Source: an uncultured Gemmataceae bacterium (GTDB taxonomy: Bacteria > Planctomycetota > Planctomycetia > Gemmatales > Gemmataceae). From it: DNA of 64,000 bases. A model generated the notes under the pieces. The model was not told where the DNA came from. It ran no database searches and saw only the letters and a list, made by a program, of their open reading frames with translations. Position 1 is the stretch's first letter. Each line of letters starts with the position of its first letter. The DNA lies in contig CAVVPN010000004.1 of NCBI GenBank assembly GCA_963750165.1, forward strand, positions 256,001-320,000, given 5' to 3'. Shown in pieces: positions 20,327 to 31,350 of the stretch. The translations under genes and the position numbers were made by a program.

Positions 20327-20425
20327 GGATTCACCACAAAGACACAAAGAGCACAAAGAAGACTGAAGAATTGAATAATGATTCTTCAGTCTTCTTTGTG
20401 CTCTTTGTGTCTTTGTGGTGAATCC
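20327..20425. repeat. Palindromic REP-like element, family A
   Basis: About 44-bp perfect inverted arms between the convergent ADH and NYN genes. Confidence 0.9.
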
Positions 20426-20433
20426 CTGCTTTG

Positions 20434-21459
20434 TCAGGTGTTGCCCGGCGCCACTTTGGGCAGGTCCAACTCCTCGGCCGCCTCGCCGTAGCGGCCCATG
20501 ACACGGTCAATGTGGTCGTCCGGCTCCGGCGGCACCACGACTTCCCGGCGGGGAGCCGGCCGTGGCGGTTCGCGTTGCGGTTCGCGCTCGCGCCGGCCGC
20601 CCTCGCCCTCGGGCCGCCGCGCCGGGCTGCCCGAGCCGCTGCGCCGTCGCCGGCTCTTGTTCTTGTCCACCGGGGCCGAACCGGCCGTCGGGGCCGGGCT
20701 GTTCATCTCCGAACCGAAGCGCGTCACCACGTAAGTCCGGCTGCGCTTGTCGGTGTCCAGTTCCAGCAGGCCCTGCGCCTGAGCGTCCTCCAGCAGCTCG
20801 CTGAAGGTGCGGTAACCGTGGTACGCCTCGTTGAACGACGGCTTCTTGCGCTTCATCGTGTCCTTGACCATCGAGCCCCAGAGCACTTCCTTGTTCTCGC
20901 GCCGCAGCGCCAGCAGCGACTCCAGCAGCAGTGCGAACGCCTTCTTCTTCGTCTCCGGCAGCTGCGGGTTGACCACCTGCGGCAGCGCCTGGTTGGTGCC
21001 GAGGTCCTCGTAATAGATGAACTCGTCGCAGTTGTCGCGGAGCAGCTCCGACGTGGACTCCTGCATGCCCAGGCCGATGACGCGCTTGCCGTTCTCCTTC
21101 AGCTTGGAGACCAGCGGCGAGAAGTCGGAGTCGCCCGAGACGATGACGAAGGTGTCGATGTGATCCTTGGAGTGGGCCAGGTCCATCGCGTCCACGACCA
21201 GGCGGATGTCCGCGGAATTCTTGCCGCTCTGGGCGCGGCGTGGGATTTCGACCAGTTCGATGGCCGCCTCGTGCAGCGGCGCCGTGTACGAGGCGAAGCG
21301 GCTCCAGTCCGCGTAGGCCTTCTTCGCGACGATCTTGCCCTTCTCCACCAGGCGCTCCAGAACGCGCTCGATGTCGAAGCGGTCGCGGCGGCTCTGGAAG
21401 CCCAGGGCCAGGTTTTCAAAGTCGATGAACACCGCCAGGGCGTTCCCGCCGTTCTGCAT
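20434..21459 (-). CDS. NYN (LabA/DUF88 PIN-like) domain protein with an OST-HTH/LOTUS domain
   Basis: Motifs FIDFEN, KNSADIRLVVDA, SGDSDF, CDEFIYY and PSFNEAYHGYRTFSELL. Confidence 0.9.
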   Translation of the reverse strand: MQNGGNALAVFIDFENLALGFQSRRDRFDIERVLERLVEKGKIVAKKAYADWSRFASYTAPLHEAAIELVEIPRRAQSGKNSADIRLVVDAMDLAHSKDHIDTFVIVSGDSDFSPLVSKLKENGKRVIGLGMQESTSELLRDNCDEFIYYEDLGTNQALPQVVNPQLPETKKKAFALLLESLLALRRENKEVLWGSMVKDTMKRKKPSFNEAYHGYRTFSELLEDAQAQGLLELDTDKRSRTYVVTRFGSEMNSPAPTAGSAPVDKNKSRRRRSGSGSPARRPEGEGGRREREPQREPPRPAPRREVVVPPEPDDHIDRVMGRYGEAAEELDLPKVAPGNT

Positions 21460-21559
21460 AAAACGATCCTCCCCGCAAAAGTTGCCTCAATCCTAGCGGT
21501 TGCGCCGATGCGGGGCAAGACGATCATGAACAGTGGCGCGGTGCGCGACCGCCGGCCGC

Positions 21560-22963
21560 TCATCGCGCCGCGTCGGCCAGCACCGCCGCGACGACGCCCC
21601 CCGCCCAGTCCAGGTCGGCCGCAACGCCCGTCCAGCTGCACTCGAAGACCAGATCGCCGGCCCGCACCAACAGCGTCGTGACCGCTACCGGCGGCGTCCC
21701 CGCGGCGTATTCGATGCGCTTGTCGGTGCGCACGGCCGCGTCGGCGCCGGGCACCGTGGCGGCGCTGGATTTGGCCTCCAGCACGCGGAACCCCAGGCCG
21801 CAGTTGGCGGCGCCGTCGCGCTTGCGCTGCAGCGCCACCACGAACTCGAAGTACAAACCGGCCGCCGCCTTCGTCTGATGGCGGGCGACGCTGACCATGA
21901 CGTACTGGCCGGCGTTGGTCTTGCGCAGCCACACCAGCGACCGGCCCTCGTCCCAGCCAGCCAGCACCTTGTCGGCCTGGGCGCGTTCGCCGAGCAGGGC
22001 CGCCACCTGGCCGACCATGGAGGCGGTCCACGGCTGCTGCATAGCGCTCCACTCCGCCGCCGGCAGGGCTGCCTGCACGCGGGACAGGGCCGCGCCCAGG
22101 TCGCCGCGCGCGCTCGACAACGCCCGCACATAAAGATCGGGCCGCTGCAGCGCGTTCAGCTGCTTCGGCGGCCGGGTGAACGCCAGCTGCTCCGCGTCCT
22201 TGACGCCGCTCTGCTCCAGGTGGTTGAAGAAGGCCAGGCCGTTCACATACGCCCAGTGCCGCTGCCGCAGCGCCTTCTGGCTGGCGGCGCAGGGCCCCGT
22301 CGGTGCCGATCTCCGGGCGCGCAGGTAGCGCTGGGCCAGCAGCGGCGCGTACTGCGCGGTTCCGAGGCGCTGGGCCACCTGCCCGGTCAGCCACTGCGCC
22401 CGGCCCTCGACCAGCGCCTGCAGAGCGTGGTACTCGTCACCGTCGGCCGTGGCCTTGCGGCGGGCTGGCAGGTCGTAGCGCTGTTCCAGCAGCCAGTGGG
22501 CGGTCTCGTGGACGAGCGCCAGTTGCAGAAACGCCGGCTCGGTGACGCCCTTGAGGTCGGCGTCCCAGCCGGCGATGCCCTGGCGGTGCCCCGGCGGTAA
22601 CACGTCGATGACATCGGAGCCCTCGACACGCTCGACAACGGCGGCGCTGACGGCGAGGTAGCGCGCGACCTGCAAGGTGCTGCGGAAGGTGTCGCCGGTC
22701 AGGTGCGGGAACTGCCAGCGCAGATACGCCACCAACTCGGGGTCCGGCCGGGTCAGCAGCTGCTCGGCGGTGGTGCCGCGGAACTGCGGCGTGCGCGGCA
22801 GCTTCGCGCCGAGCACTGCTTCGAGGTGCGGTTGCGCCTGGGTGAACAGCTGGGCCGCCTCCGCGCCGACGGCATCGGCGTTCTGGGCGGACAGCGGGGC
22901 GGCGCCGGCCAGGAGCACGAGCGTGGTTGCGACAAGCCGGCGAAGGTACGTGGAGCGGGACAT
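21560..22963 (-). CDS. Secreted putative zinc metallopeptidase-like protein
   Basis: Signal peptide; LVHETAH followed by ALVEG, a gluzincin-like ligand pattern. Confidence 0.65.
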   Translation of the reverse strand: MSRSTYLRRLVATTLVLLAGAAPLSAQNADAVGAEAAQLFTQAQPHLEAVLGAKLPRTPQFRGTTAEQLLTRPDPELVAYLRWQFPHLTGDTFRSTLQVARYLAVSAAVVERVEGSDVIDVLPPGHRQGIAGWDADLKGVTEPAFLQLALVHETAHWLLEQRYDLPARRKATADGDEYHALQALVEGRAQWLTGQVAQRLGTAQYAPLLAQRYLRARRSAPTGPCAASQKALRQRHWAYVNGLAFFNHLEQSGVKDAEQLAFTRPPKQLNALQRPDLYVRALSSARGDLGAALSRVQAALPAAEWSAMQQPWTASMVGQVAALLGERAQADKVLAGWDEGRSLVWLRKTNAGQYVMVSVARHQTKAAAGLYFEFVVALQRKRDGAANCGLGFRVLEAKSSAATVPGADAAVRTDKRIEYAAGTPPVAVTTLLVRAGDLVFECSWTGVAADLDWAGGVVAAVLADAAR

Positions 22964-23076
22964 GCGGCCATCTCCTCCCGATTTGCGTAAATTGCCACTC
23001 ACCCGGTCGGCGACCGAGGGGCGGGATTGAAGCAAAAGTACGGCGGCGGGAAAAGAGCGCTTTTCGACAAAAAATA

Positions 23077-23118
23077 ATTCACCACAGAGCACGCAGAGCG
23101 CAGTGCTCTGCGGTGAAA
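23077..23118. repeat. Short variant of the family A palindrome
   Basis: TTCACCACAGAGCAC...GTGCTCTGCGGTGAA immediately after a stop codon. Confidence 0.7.
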
Positions 23119-23119
23119 T

Positions 23120-24724
23120 CTATCTCCGCAACGGCGCGTACTTCGCCACCACCGCCACCGCCGTGCGCAGCCCGTCCACCGCGGCGCTGACGATGCCGCC
23201 CGCGTAACCGGCGCCCTCGCCCACCGGATACAGCCCATCCAGCCCCGGCGACTCCCGGCTCTGATCGTCACGCACAATCCGCACCGGTGAACTGCCGCGC
23301 GCCTCTGGCCCCACCAGCGTCGCGTCCGCCAGGAAGCGGCCCTGCCAACGTTTGTCAAGGATCGGCAGCCCGTGGTCGAGCGCCGCGGCGATCAACGGCG
23401 GCACCAGTTCGCGCAGGTCCGCCAGCACCAGGCCACGCGGGTAACTGCTCGGCGGGTTCGTCCGTGTCCGCCGGCCGGCCAAAAAATCCCCGGCGCGCTG
23501 GATCGGACAGCAGTATTCTGCGCCGCTCAGCGCGAACGCCCTGCCCTCGTAAAGTTCCTGCAACCGCACACCCGCCAGCGTGTCGGCGCCGCCGAAGTGC
23601 TCCACCGGCACCGTCACCACCAGGCCGCTGTTGGCGAACGGCGAATCGCGCTTCGACAGGCTCATGCCGTTGGTGCAGAAGCCGCCCACCGCCGACACGC
23701 TCGGAATCACGTGACCGCCGGCGCACATGCAGAACGTGAACAGGTCGTGCCGGCCGTGCGCCACCAGCGTGTAATCCGCGTTGCCGAGCAGCTGCTCGAC
23801 CGGCTGCCGGCCATATTGCACGCGGTTGACGGTTGCCTGCGGCTGCTCGATGCGCACCCCCATCTGGAACGGCTTCGGCACCATCGGCACGCCGCGGCGC
23901 AGCAGCATCGCATAAGTGTCGCGGGCGCTGTGGCCAATCGCCAGCAGCACCACGTCCGCGGGGAGGTAGCCCGACGACGTGAACAACCCGCGCACGCCGC
24001 CGTCGGCCAGGTCGAGGTCCTCGACGCGGCACGAGAAGCGCAGCTCACCGCCCAGCTGCTCAATGCGGCGGCGGATCGCCTTGACCACCGCCGGCAAGCG
24101 ATTGCTGCCCAGGTGCGGCCGGTGCTCGTAAAGGATGGACGGCTTGCCCTTGCACTCGGCGAACAGCTCCAGGACGCGGCGCACCTCTGGCCCGGAGCCG
24201 CGGAAGGTCAGCTTGCCGTCGCTGAAGGTGCCGGCGCCGCCTTCGCCGAAGAGGTAGTTGCTCTCCGGGTTGAACGGGCCGCCGGCGTCGAAGGCGTGAA
24301 CGTCGTGGATGCGGTCGCGCACCGGCCGGCCGCGCTCCAGGATCAGCGGCTGATAGCCCTGCTCCGCGAGGAAGTAACCCGCGATCAGGCCGGCGGGGCC
24401 GGAACCGACGACCACCGGCCGCTGCCGTAGCGGGCGCGTTCCAGGCGGCGGCAGCTGGAACGGCGGCTCCTGGTACTGATCGACGCGCACCGGGGACGGC
24501 CGCCGGGCCAGTGCGACGACACGGGTCTCGTCCTCAGTGGACTGAACCTCGGCGGTGTAGACGAAGTGCAGGTCATCCTTGTCGCGGGCGTCGAGGCTCT
24601 TGCGCAGGATGCGCCAGCTGCGCAGCGCCTCCGGAGCCAGGCCGAGCACGCGCGCCAGGTGGGCAGGCAGGGCGGCCTCGGGCTCGTCCAGGCGCAGGCG
24701 CAGGTTGGAAACGCGGATCGACAT
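23120..24724 (-). CDS. FAD-dependent oxidoreductase (COG2509-like)
   Basis: Motifs GSGPAG, FGEGGAGTFSDGKL, IGHSARD, FCMCAGG and GEGAGYAGGIVSAAVDG. Confidence 0.9.
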   Translation of the reverse strand: MSIRVSNLRLRLDEPEAALPAHLARVLGLAPEALRSWRILRKSLDARDKDDLHFVYTAEVQSTEDETRVVALARRPSPVRVDQYQEPPFQLPPPGTRPLRQRPVVVGSGPAGLIAGYFLAEQGYQPLILERGRPVRDRIHDVHAFDAGGPFNPESNYLFGEGGAGTFSDGKLTFRGSGPEVRRVLELFAECKGKPSILYEHRPHLGSNRLPAVVKAIRRRIEQLGGELRFSCRVEDLDLADGGVRGLFTSSGYLPADVVLLAIGHSARDTYAMLLRRGVPMVPKPFQMGVRIEQPQATVNRVQYGRQPVEQLLGNADYTLVAHGRHDLFTFCMCAGGHVIPSVSAVGGFCTNGMSLSKRDSPFANSGLVVTVPVEHFGGADTLAGVRLQELYEGRAFALSGAEYCCPIQRAGDFLAGRRTRTNPPSSYPRGLVLADLRELVPPLIAAALDHGLPILDKRWQGRFLADATLVGPEARGSSPVRIVRDDQSRESPGLDGLYPVGEGAGYAGGIVSAAVDGLRTAVAVVAKYAPLRR

Positions 24725-24740
24725 TATTGCAGATTGCGAC

Positions 24741-24810
24741 TGGGTGTAGCGGAAGTCGCCAGACTTCCGAGCAGCACCAGACGGAAGTCTGGCGACTTCC
24801 GCTACACCCA
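24741..24810. repeat. GTAG-type REP doublet (REPIN-like)
   Basis: TGGGTGTAGCGGAAGTCGCCAGACTTCCG, a spacer, then its exact reverse complement. Confidence 0.85.
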
Positions 24811-24858
24811 ACTGCGAACCGCTCTAGCCGGATTCCGGGAGCGGGCCACGGTCAAACG

Positions 24859-24890
24859 GCGGGGCCTGCCCTGCAAAGGGCAGGCCCCGC
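24859..24890. terminator. GC-rich hairpin downstream of the Rrf2 gene
   Basis: GCGGGGCCTGCCCT-GCAA-AGGGCAGGCCCCGC; only a short U-tract on the minus strand. Confidence 0.45.
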
Positions 24891-24946
24891 AACGCCTGAC
24901 GTTGGTATGGTACGCCTCCGGTGAGGTGGGCCAAAGGCGGGGGCGG

Positions 24947-25360
24947 TCAACGGTGGTGGTTGGCGACCAGTTCGGAAATCTTGACCTTGCCGAGTTGCTT
25001 GCGAACCTGCTCGGCGGCCTGGACGCAGATTTGATCGAGCTGGCTGTTCAACGAGTTCTCGGGGTCCTCCGAACTCAACGGGTTGGAGCCGCGGATCGGG
25101 CCGTTCTCGGCGGCCTCAATGACCTCGAGCATGGTAATTTCGTTGGGCTTCTTGGCCAGCCGATAGCCGCCGTTCGGCCCCTTGATCGACAGCAGAATCT
25201 GGTGCGAAACCAGCGGCTTGAGCACCTTCAGCAGAAAGCGCTCCGGGATGTCGCGTTCTTTCGCAATGTTGTGTGAGGCGATCGGCTTATCCATTTGTTT
25301 CTGCGCGGCCATGTACACGACCGCGTGCAGAGCGTAACTGGAAGCACGTGTTAACTTCAT
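24947..25360 (-). CDS. Rrf2 family transcriptional regulator lacking the IscR Cys triad
   Basis: Motifs MKLTRASSYAL, IPERFLLKVL, KGPNGGYRLA and ITMLEVIEA. Confidence 0.92.
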   Translation of the reverse strand: MKLTRASSYALHAVVYMAAQKQMDKPIASHNIAKERDIPERFLLKVLKPLVSHQILLSIKGPNGGYRLAKKPNEITMLEVIEAAENGPIRGSNPLSSEDPENSLNSQLDQICVQAAEQVRKQLGKVKISELVANHHR

Positions 25361-25501
25361 CAAACCACTTCGCCGCCGCCGGGATCGCCGGTGGTCGGCG
25401 CTCCTCCCTTCGTAACAAGGACGTTCGCGCCTCGACCGAACGGGTTGGTGTACCCAGGGCGGGGGAAGGACGACCGCGGGAAGCGGCGCACCAGTAACAA
25501 T

Positions 25502-25582
25502 GGAGAACAACTACCTTGGCCGTCCCTCCACCCGGAGGAACGCCCTTTGGTAACTTGAGCGAGATCAATTACCGTGTTCTCC
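25502..25582 (-). ncRNA. Candidate structured leader RNA (three-way junction)
   Basis: Closing stem GGAGAACA/TGTTCTCC encloses two hairpins and starts a few nt after the predicted transcription start. I could not match it to a known family. Confidence 0.4.
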
Positions 25583-25593
25583 TTAATATCCTG

Positions 25594-25621
25594 ATTATAA
25601 ATACCACAAGGGCTTTGACAA
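25594..25621 (-). promoter_or_regulatory. Sigma70-type promoter for the Rrf2 gene
   Basis: Minus strand TTGTCA (25621-25616), a 16-nt spacer, then TATAAT (25599-25594), in an AT-rich patch. Confidence 0.65.
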
Positions 25622-26005
25622 TCCAACTTTTCGCAATTCGTCCGGAATCGGGCATTTTTTTTTGGGAAGGCGGTTGCTCGCCGGCAGGAAGGGGAGAGCC
25701 GGGAAGCAAAGGGGGAGCGCAGCACCGTTGCCGCAGCGGCTGCGCACGCCGAAGACGCGCACGGTCCAGTGGTTGGGGCACGAACCGTGTGTGGCTGCGG
25801 ACGGAACATGCAGGCGTTTCGCCCCCGGTACGCGCGTGGTTTTGGCAGCAGCCAGCGAGCGGGGGGCGTCATGGCGCTTTTCCGCGGGGAGTGCCTGGAG
25901 AAAGGCATGGTAACCCGGGATCCGCCTGGGCGGCTTGACCGTGCGGGCTAAAATGACCCAGGTAGCACCTGGACAGTTGCACCGATGGCCAGCCGAGGAA
26001 GACTC

Positions 26006-26377
26006 ATGGCGGTTGTGGAGGCTCCCTCCGGGGACCAGCTGGAAACGTTTACCAATCAGTACCCCGGGCGCGACTACACCATTGAAATCGTCTGCCCGGA
26101 GTTCACCAGTGTCTGCCCCAAGACCGGCCAGCCGGACTTCGGCACCATCACATTCATCTACGCGCCGGCGGCGCTGTGCGTGGAGTTAAAGTCGTTGAAG
26201 CTGTACCTGCAAAGTTTCCGCAACCAGGGCATTTTTTACGAGCACATCGTCAACCGCCTGCTCGACGACTTCGTGCGGGCGTGTCAACCGAAGCGCTGCC
26301 GCGTCGTCGGCGCCTTCACGCCGCGCGGCGGCATCAGCACCACAGTGACATGCGTGTACGAAGCGACCAGTAAATGA
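26006..26377 (+). CDS. queF: NADPH-dependent 7-cyano-7-deazaguanine reductase (preQ1 synthase, type I)
   Basis: Motifs EFTSVCPKTGQPDFG, ELKSLKLYL and FTPRGGI. Confidence 0.95.
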   Translation: MAVVEAPSGDQLETFTNQYPGRDYTIEIVCPEFTSVCPKTGQPDFGTITFIYAPAALCVELKSLKLYLQSFRNQGIFYEHIVNRLLDDFVRACQPKRCRVVGAFTPRGGISTTVTCVYEATSK

Positions 26378-26423
26378 GCGGAGCAGGCACAGCAGTGTGC
26401 GGTCGCGCACCGGAACGGCGCGC

Positions 26424-26642
26424 TCAGTTGCCGACAACGATGGCGTTTTCCAGCGGCAGGTCCGGCAGCACTTCGCGGACGCCGTGCTGAGCCAGTTGCT
26501 TGACGTGATAAGAAGCCGCCTGGCCGTGGAGCACCACGCGCTCGGCGCTGACGACGATGGCCAGCCCACGGACGCGGCGCCCCGTGCGAGCCAGGACGCG
26601 GCTTTCCAGTTCCTGACACAGGCGATGAAACGAGGCCGGCAC
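26424..26642 (-). CDS. Small BON-like domain protein
   Basis: GGAGG RBS before a GTG start; VVLHGQAASYHVKQLAQ...LENAIVV. Confidence 0.65.
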   Translation of the reverse strand: MPASFHRLCQELESRVLARTGRRVRGLAIVVSAERVVLHGQAASYHVKQLAQHGVREVLPDLPLENAIVVGN

Positions 26643-26849
26643 GGGGCAGTCCTCCGGAATCCTTGCGGGTGGTACTCTCCACTTCCAGGGGCGCTGGGCT
26701 GCCTGGTTTATGAGCAGGCGGTGCAGGTTTTTCGGGTAACTTCTGCTACAATGACCCTGGAAATCGAGGTCGGATGCATCTCTAGCAAATCCTGGGCCAA
26801 CAGGGATGGTCCGGCCGTTTTGTCCCGACTGGTGGCGAGGAACTCGTTC

Positions 26850-28076
26850 ATGCGCAGCCTGACCCGGATGCTGATGGCGCTGGCCGCGGCGCTGGCGCTG
26901 GCCTCGACGGCGCCGGCGGGGGTGTACAGCACCGTGGAGTTCGACCCCATCCCCGGCGCGGACTTCCGTGTCATCCGTGATCGCCTGATCCTCCTGCGCC
27001 AGATGTCCTCCGTATTATCGAAGGAGGAAGCGAAGAAGACGGCCGCGAAGACGGACACGCACAAGCGCTTTGAACTGGTGGCCGACCTGTTCGCCCAGAA
27101 CCCCGCAGTCAAGTTGACCGACGAGGAGCGCCTGAACCTGGGCGCCTACCTGATTCGACTGGGCCGGTACGGGGAAGCCAGCAAGGTGCTGGACATCCGC
27201 AAGTTCAAGGATCGGAGCAATTTCCTGGCCTACTCCAGCCTGGCGACCAACGACTACCTGTGGGGCGTGACCCAGAACATCCCGGACAAGGTCCGCAACG
27301 CCTCGACGAACCTGCAAGAAGCCCTGCGCCTCTGGCCGAAGGACTGGAACAAGCTGCCACCCGAGAAACAGAAGTGGTTCAACGACGTCGGCTGGGGCGA
27401 GCGCGGGTACGAGTGGTATCGGGCCTGCGACGAATACCTGTTGAAGCTGCTCAAACTGCGGCGCCAGCCTGCCAAGGGGGGAGCGCTGGGCGCGGACGTG
27501 GAACCACTATTCACGAAGCCGGACGGCCAACCGGTGCGGTTCAATGACCCCGATGGCAATAACTACAAGGTGGGCGGCCTGGCACCGGCGGAAAAAGCTG
27601 CCCTGCCAGCGCGGGCGCTGGAGGTCGTGGAACAATTACTGCTGTGGATGCCGAATGACGACCGGCTGTTCTGGCTGCTGGGGGAATTGTTCAACGCCAA
27701 GGGGGAAACGGCGTCGGCGCGGGACATTTTCTTGCAACTGGGCCTCAAGCGCAAGCATTACCTGGATGTGCTCAAGTTGTACGGGCCGGAGGCGGTGGCG
27801 GGCAAGAACATCGGCGACAACGAGGGCCATTATCCGACGGTGCTTTACAACCATATCGAAGCGCTGCAGCAGAAGCAATCGCCGCCGGAGTTGGACCGCG
27901 CCGCGGAACCGCCGCCGGTAAAACCGCCCCCGCCGCCAAAGCCCCCGAAGCCCGAGCTTGACGAGCAGCCGCTCGACCTGCGGACGCTGCTGGTGGGCTT
28001 CGGCTTCGGCCTGGTGGTCGCGTTCTTCGGCTACTGGCAGTATCACGAGATTCGCCGGCGGCGGCTGCGCACCTAG
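26850..28076 (+). CDS. Exported helical (TPR-like) protein with a Pro-rich linker and C-terminal membrane anchor
   Basis: Signal peptide, NLGAYLIRLGRYGEA, WLLGELFNAKGE, and a C-terminal TM helix followed by RRRR. Confidence 0.7.
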   Translation: MRSLTRMLMALAAALALASTAPAGVYSTVEFDPIPGADFRVIRDRLILLRQMSSVLSKEEAKKTAAKTDTHKRFELVADLFAQNPAVKLTDEERLNLGAYLIRLGRYGEASKVLDIRKFKDRSNFLAYSSLATNDYLWGVTQNIPDKVRNASTNLQEALRLWPKDWNKLPPEKQKWFNDVGWGERGYEWYRACDEYLLKLLKLRRQPAKGGALGADVEPLFTKPDGQPVRFNDPDGNNYKVGGLAPAEKAALPARALEVVEQLLLWMPNDDRLFWLLGELFNAKGETASARDIFLQLGLKRKHYLDVLKLYGPEAVAGKNIGDNEGHYPTVLYNHIEALQQKQSPPELDRAAEPPPVKPPPPPKPPKPELDEQPLDLRTLLVGFGFGLVVAFFGYWQYHEIRRRRLRT

Positions 28077-28105
28077 TTGCACACCGACGCGCAGGGGGCC
28101 GCCGC

Positions 28106-28534
28106 ATGCTGCTACTCGGCTGGAAGGAGTACGTCGCGCTGCCCGACCTGGGCGTGCCGCGCCTCAAGGCCAAGATCGACACCGGCGCTCGCACATCGGT
28201 ACTGGACGTGCAGAGTTACGACCTGCGTGAGGAGCCAGGCGTCGGCCTGGTCGCGGTGCTGCGGTTGGCGCTGCGCCGGCGGCACCCGGAGCGGCTGACC
28301 GAACTGACGGCGCCGGTGCGGCGCCTGGTCGTGGTGAGCAATTCGGGTGGCGTTCGCGAACAGCGGCCGCTGATCGAGACGACGTTGCGGCTCGGGCCGG
28401 TGTGCAAGCGCATTACGCTGACGGTCACCAATCGGGCGACCATGCGCTTTCGGATGCTGCTGGGCCGCAAGGCGCTCGAAGGCGATTTTCTGGTGGACGT
28501 GGGGCAAAAGTACCTCATGCGCAAACAGCAGTAG
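28106..28534 (+). CDS. RimK-associated retropepsin-like (putative ATP-dependent zinc) protease
   Basis: Motifs GWKE, KAKIDTGARTS and MRFRMLLGR; adjacent to rimK. Confidence 0.88.
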   Translation: MLLLGWKEYVALPDLGVPRLKAKIDTGARTSVLDVQSYDLREEPGVGLVAVLRLALRRRHPERLTELTAPVRRLVVVSNSGGVREQRPLIETTLRLGPVCKRITLTVTNRATMRFRMLLGRKALEGDFLVDVGQKYLMRKQQ

Positions 28535-28550
28535 GTCGGCTGCAAACCGA

Positions 28551-28630
28551 CTCCCCTCGCCCCTTCAGGGGGAGAGGGGTGGGAGGCCCCTCACCCCCCA
28601 CCTCTCTCCCCCTGAAGGGGGCGAGGGGAG
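28551..28630. repeat. Composite palindromic element, family C
   Basis: CTCCCCTCGCCCCTTCAGGGGGAGAG ... CTCTCCCCCTGAAGGGGGCGAGGGGAG, inverted. Confidence 0.8.
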
Positions 28631-28655
28631 CAAGACTCGGACGGGAGGAGCAGTC

Positions 28656-29546
<891 letters not shown>

Positions 29547-29551
29547 AATTG

Positions 29552-30271
<720 letters not shown>

Positions 30272-30280
30272 GAGAAGTTC

Positions 30281-31350
30281 TCACTTTTCCTGCCCGCGGA
30301 TCTTCTGAATCTCCGCGTCCAGGGCGGCCCGGCCCTCGGGGTGCGCTTGCAGGTACACCTCAAAATCCTGTTGTGCCTGGGCGACACGGCCGCGGTGCAG
30401 CCGGGCCAGGCCGCGCTCCCGGTAGAAGCCCGGCGACGGCGCTTTGCCCTTGAGCGCGCGTGTGTAATCCGCCTCCGCGCCGGCCCAGTCGGCCTGTCCG
30501 GCGCGGGCCTGGGCGCGCAGCGCGTACAGTGACACCGCGGTGTCACTGATCGCCTCGACTTCGGCCGCCGTCGGGTTGCCCAGAACCCGGCGGTCCATGC
30601 GCCGCGCAATGACGCCCTCCAGCCGGGCGTTCAACTCCAGCGCCCGGGAGAAGTCGGCGATGGCCCCGGCGGGGTCGTCCTGGCGGCGCCCAGGCCGCGC
30701 CCGGCCAGGGCGGTGGCTGCGGCCGTCAACACCTTCTGGTCGTCCGGCTCCAGTTTCAGGCTCTCCAGGTAGTCGGCCACCGCCTCGTCCAGCCGGCCGG
30801 CCTGGTTGTGCTCGCGGGCGCGGCGGTCGAAGGCGGCCGCCAAATTTTTGCGGTATTCGGCCTCTTTGGGCACCAGTTCGTGGGCGCGGCGGAAGTCGGC
30901 GATGGCCGCGTCCAGTTCCTGCGGCCGGGGCCGCTTCAGACCACGGGCGTTGTAGCGGCTCGCCGTCAAGGTGCGATACAGCGGGTAATTCGGGTCCAGT
31001 TCCGCGGCGCGGTCGCCATCGGTCAGGGCGCCCTCCTCGTCGCCCAGCTTGAGCCGGGCGTTGGCACGGTCCATGTACGACTCGGCGTGCGTCGGCCACA
31101 GCGCGATCGCCTGGTCGAACGCCTCGACGGCCCCGGCGTAGTCGCCGCGCTGGTAACGCTGCTGCCCCTCCGCGCGGGCCAGGCGGCCGCGGACGAAGCC
31201 GGTCCACCACTCGAAGCCGCCGGCGCCGGCGAGCAGGAGCAGGGACGCGAGCAGCAGAAAACGCCAGCGGTGTTTACGCAGGAATCCATCCTGTCGGTTC
31301 GCTGGGGGGGATGCCCGACCGGGCTCCGCGAGCAGTTTTTCGTTTTCCAT
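30281..31350 (-). CDS. Membrane-anchored TPR protein, frameshifted near 30690
   Basis: The N-terminal TM helix and TPRs are in ORF 30631..31392; the TPRs continue (DDPAGAIADFSRALELN...) in ORF 30281..31210. Confidence 0.8.

Noticed and set aside
25900..26005. preQ1 riboswitch upstream of queF
   Set aside because: I could see no recognisable preQ1 aptamer stem or A-rich tail.
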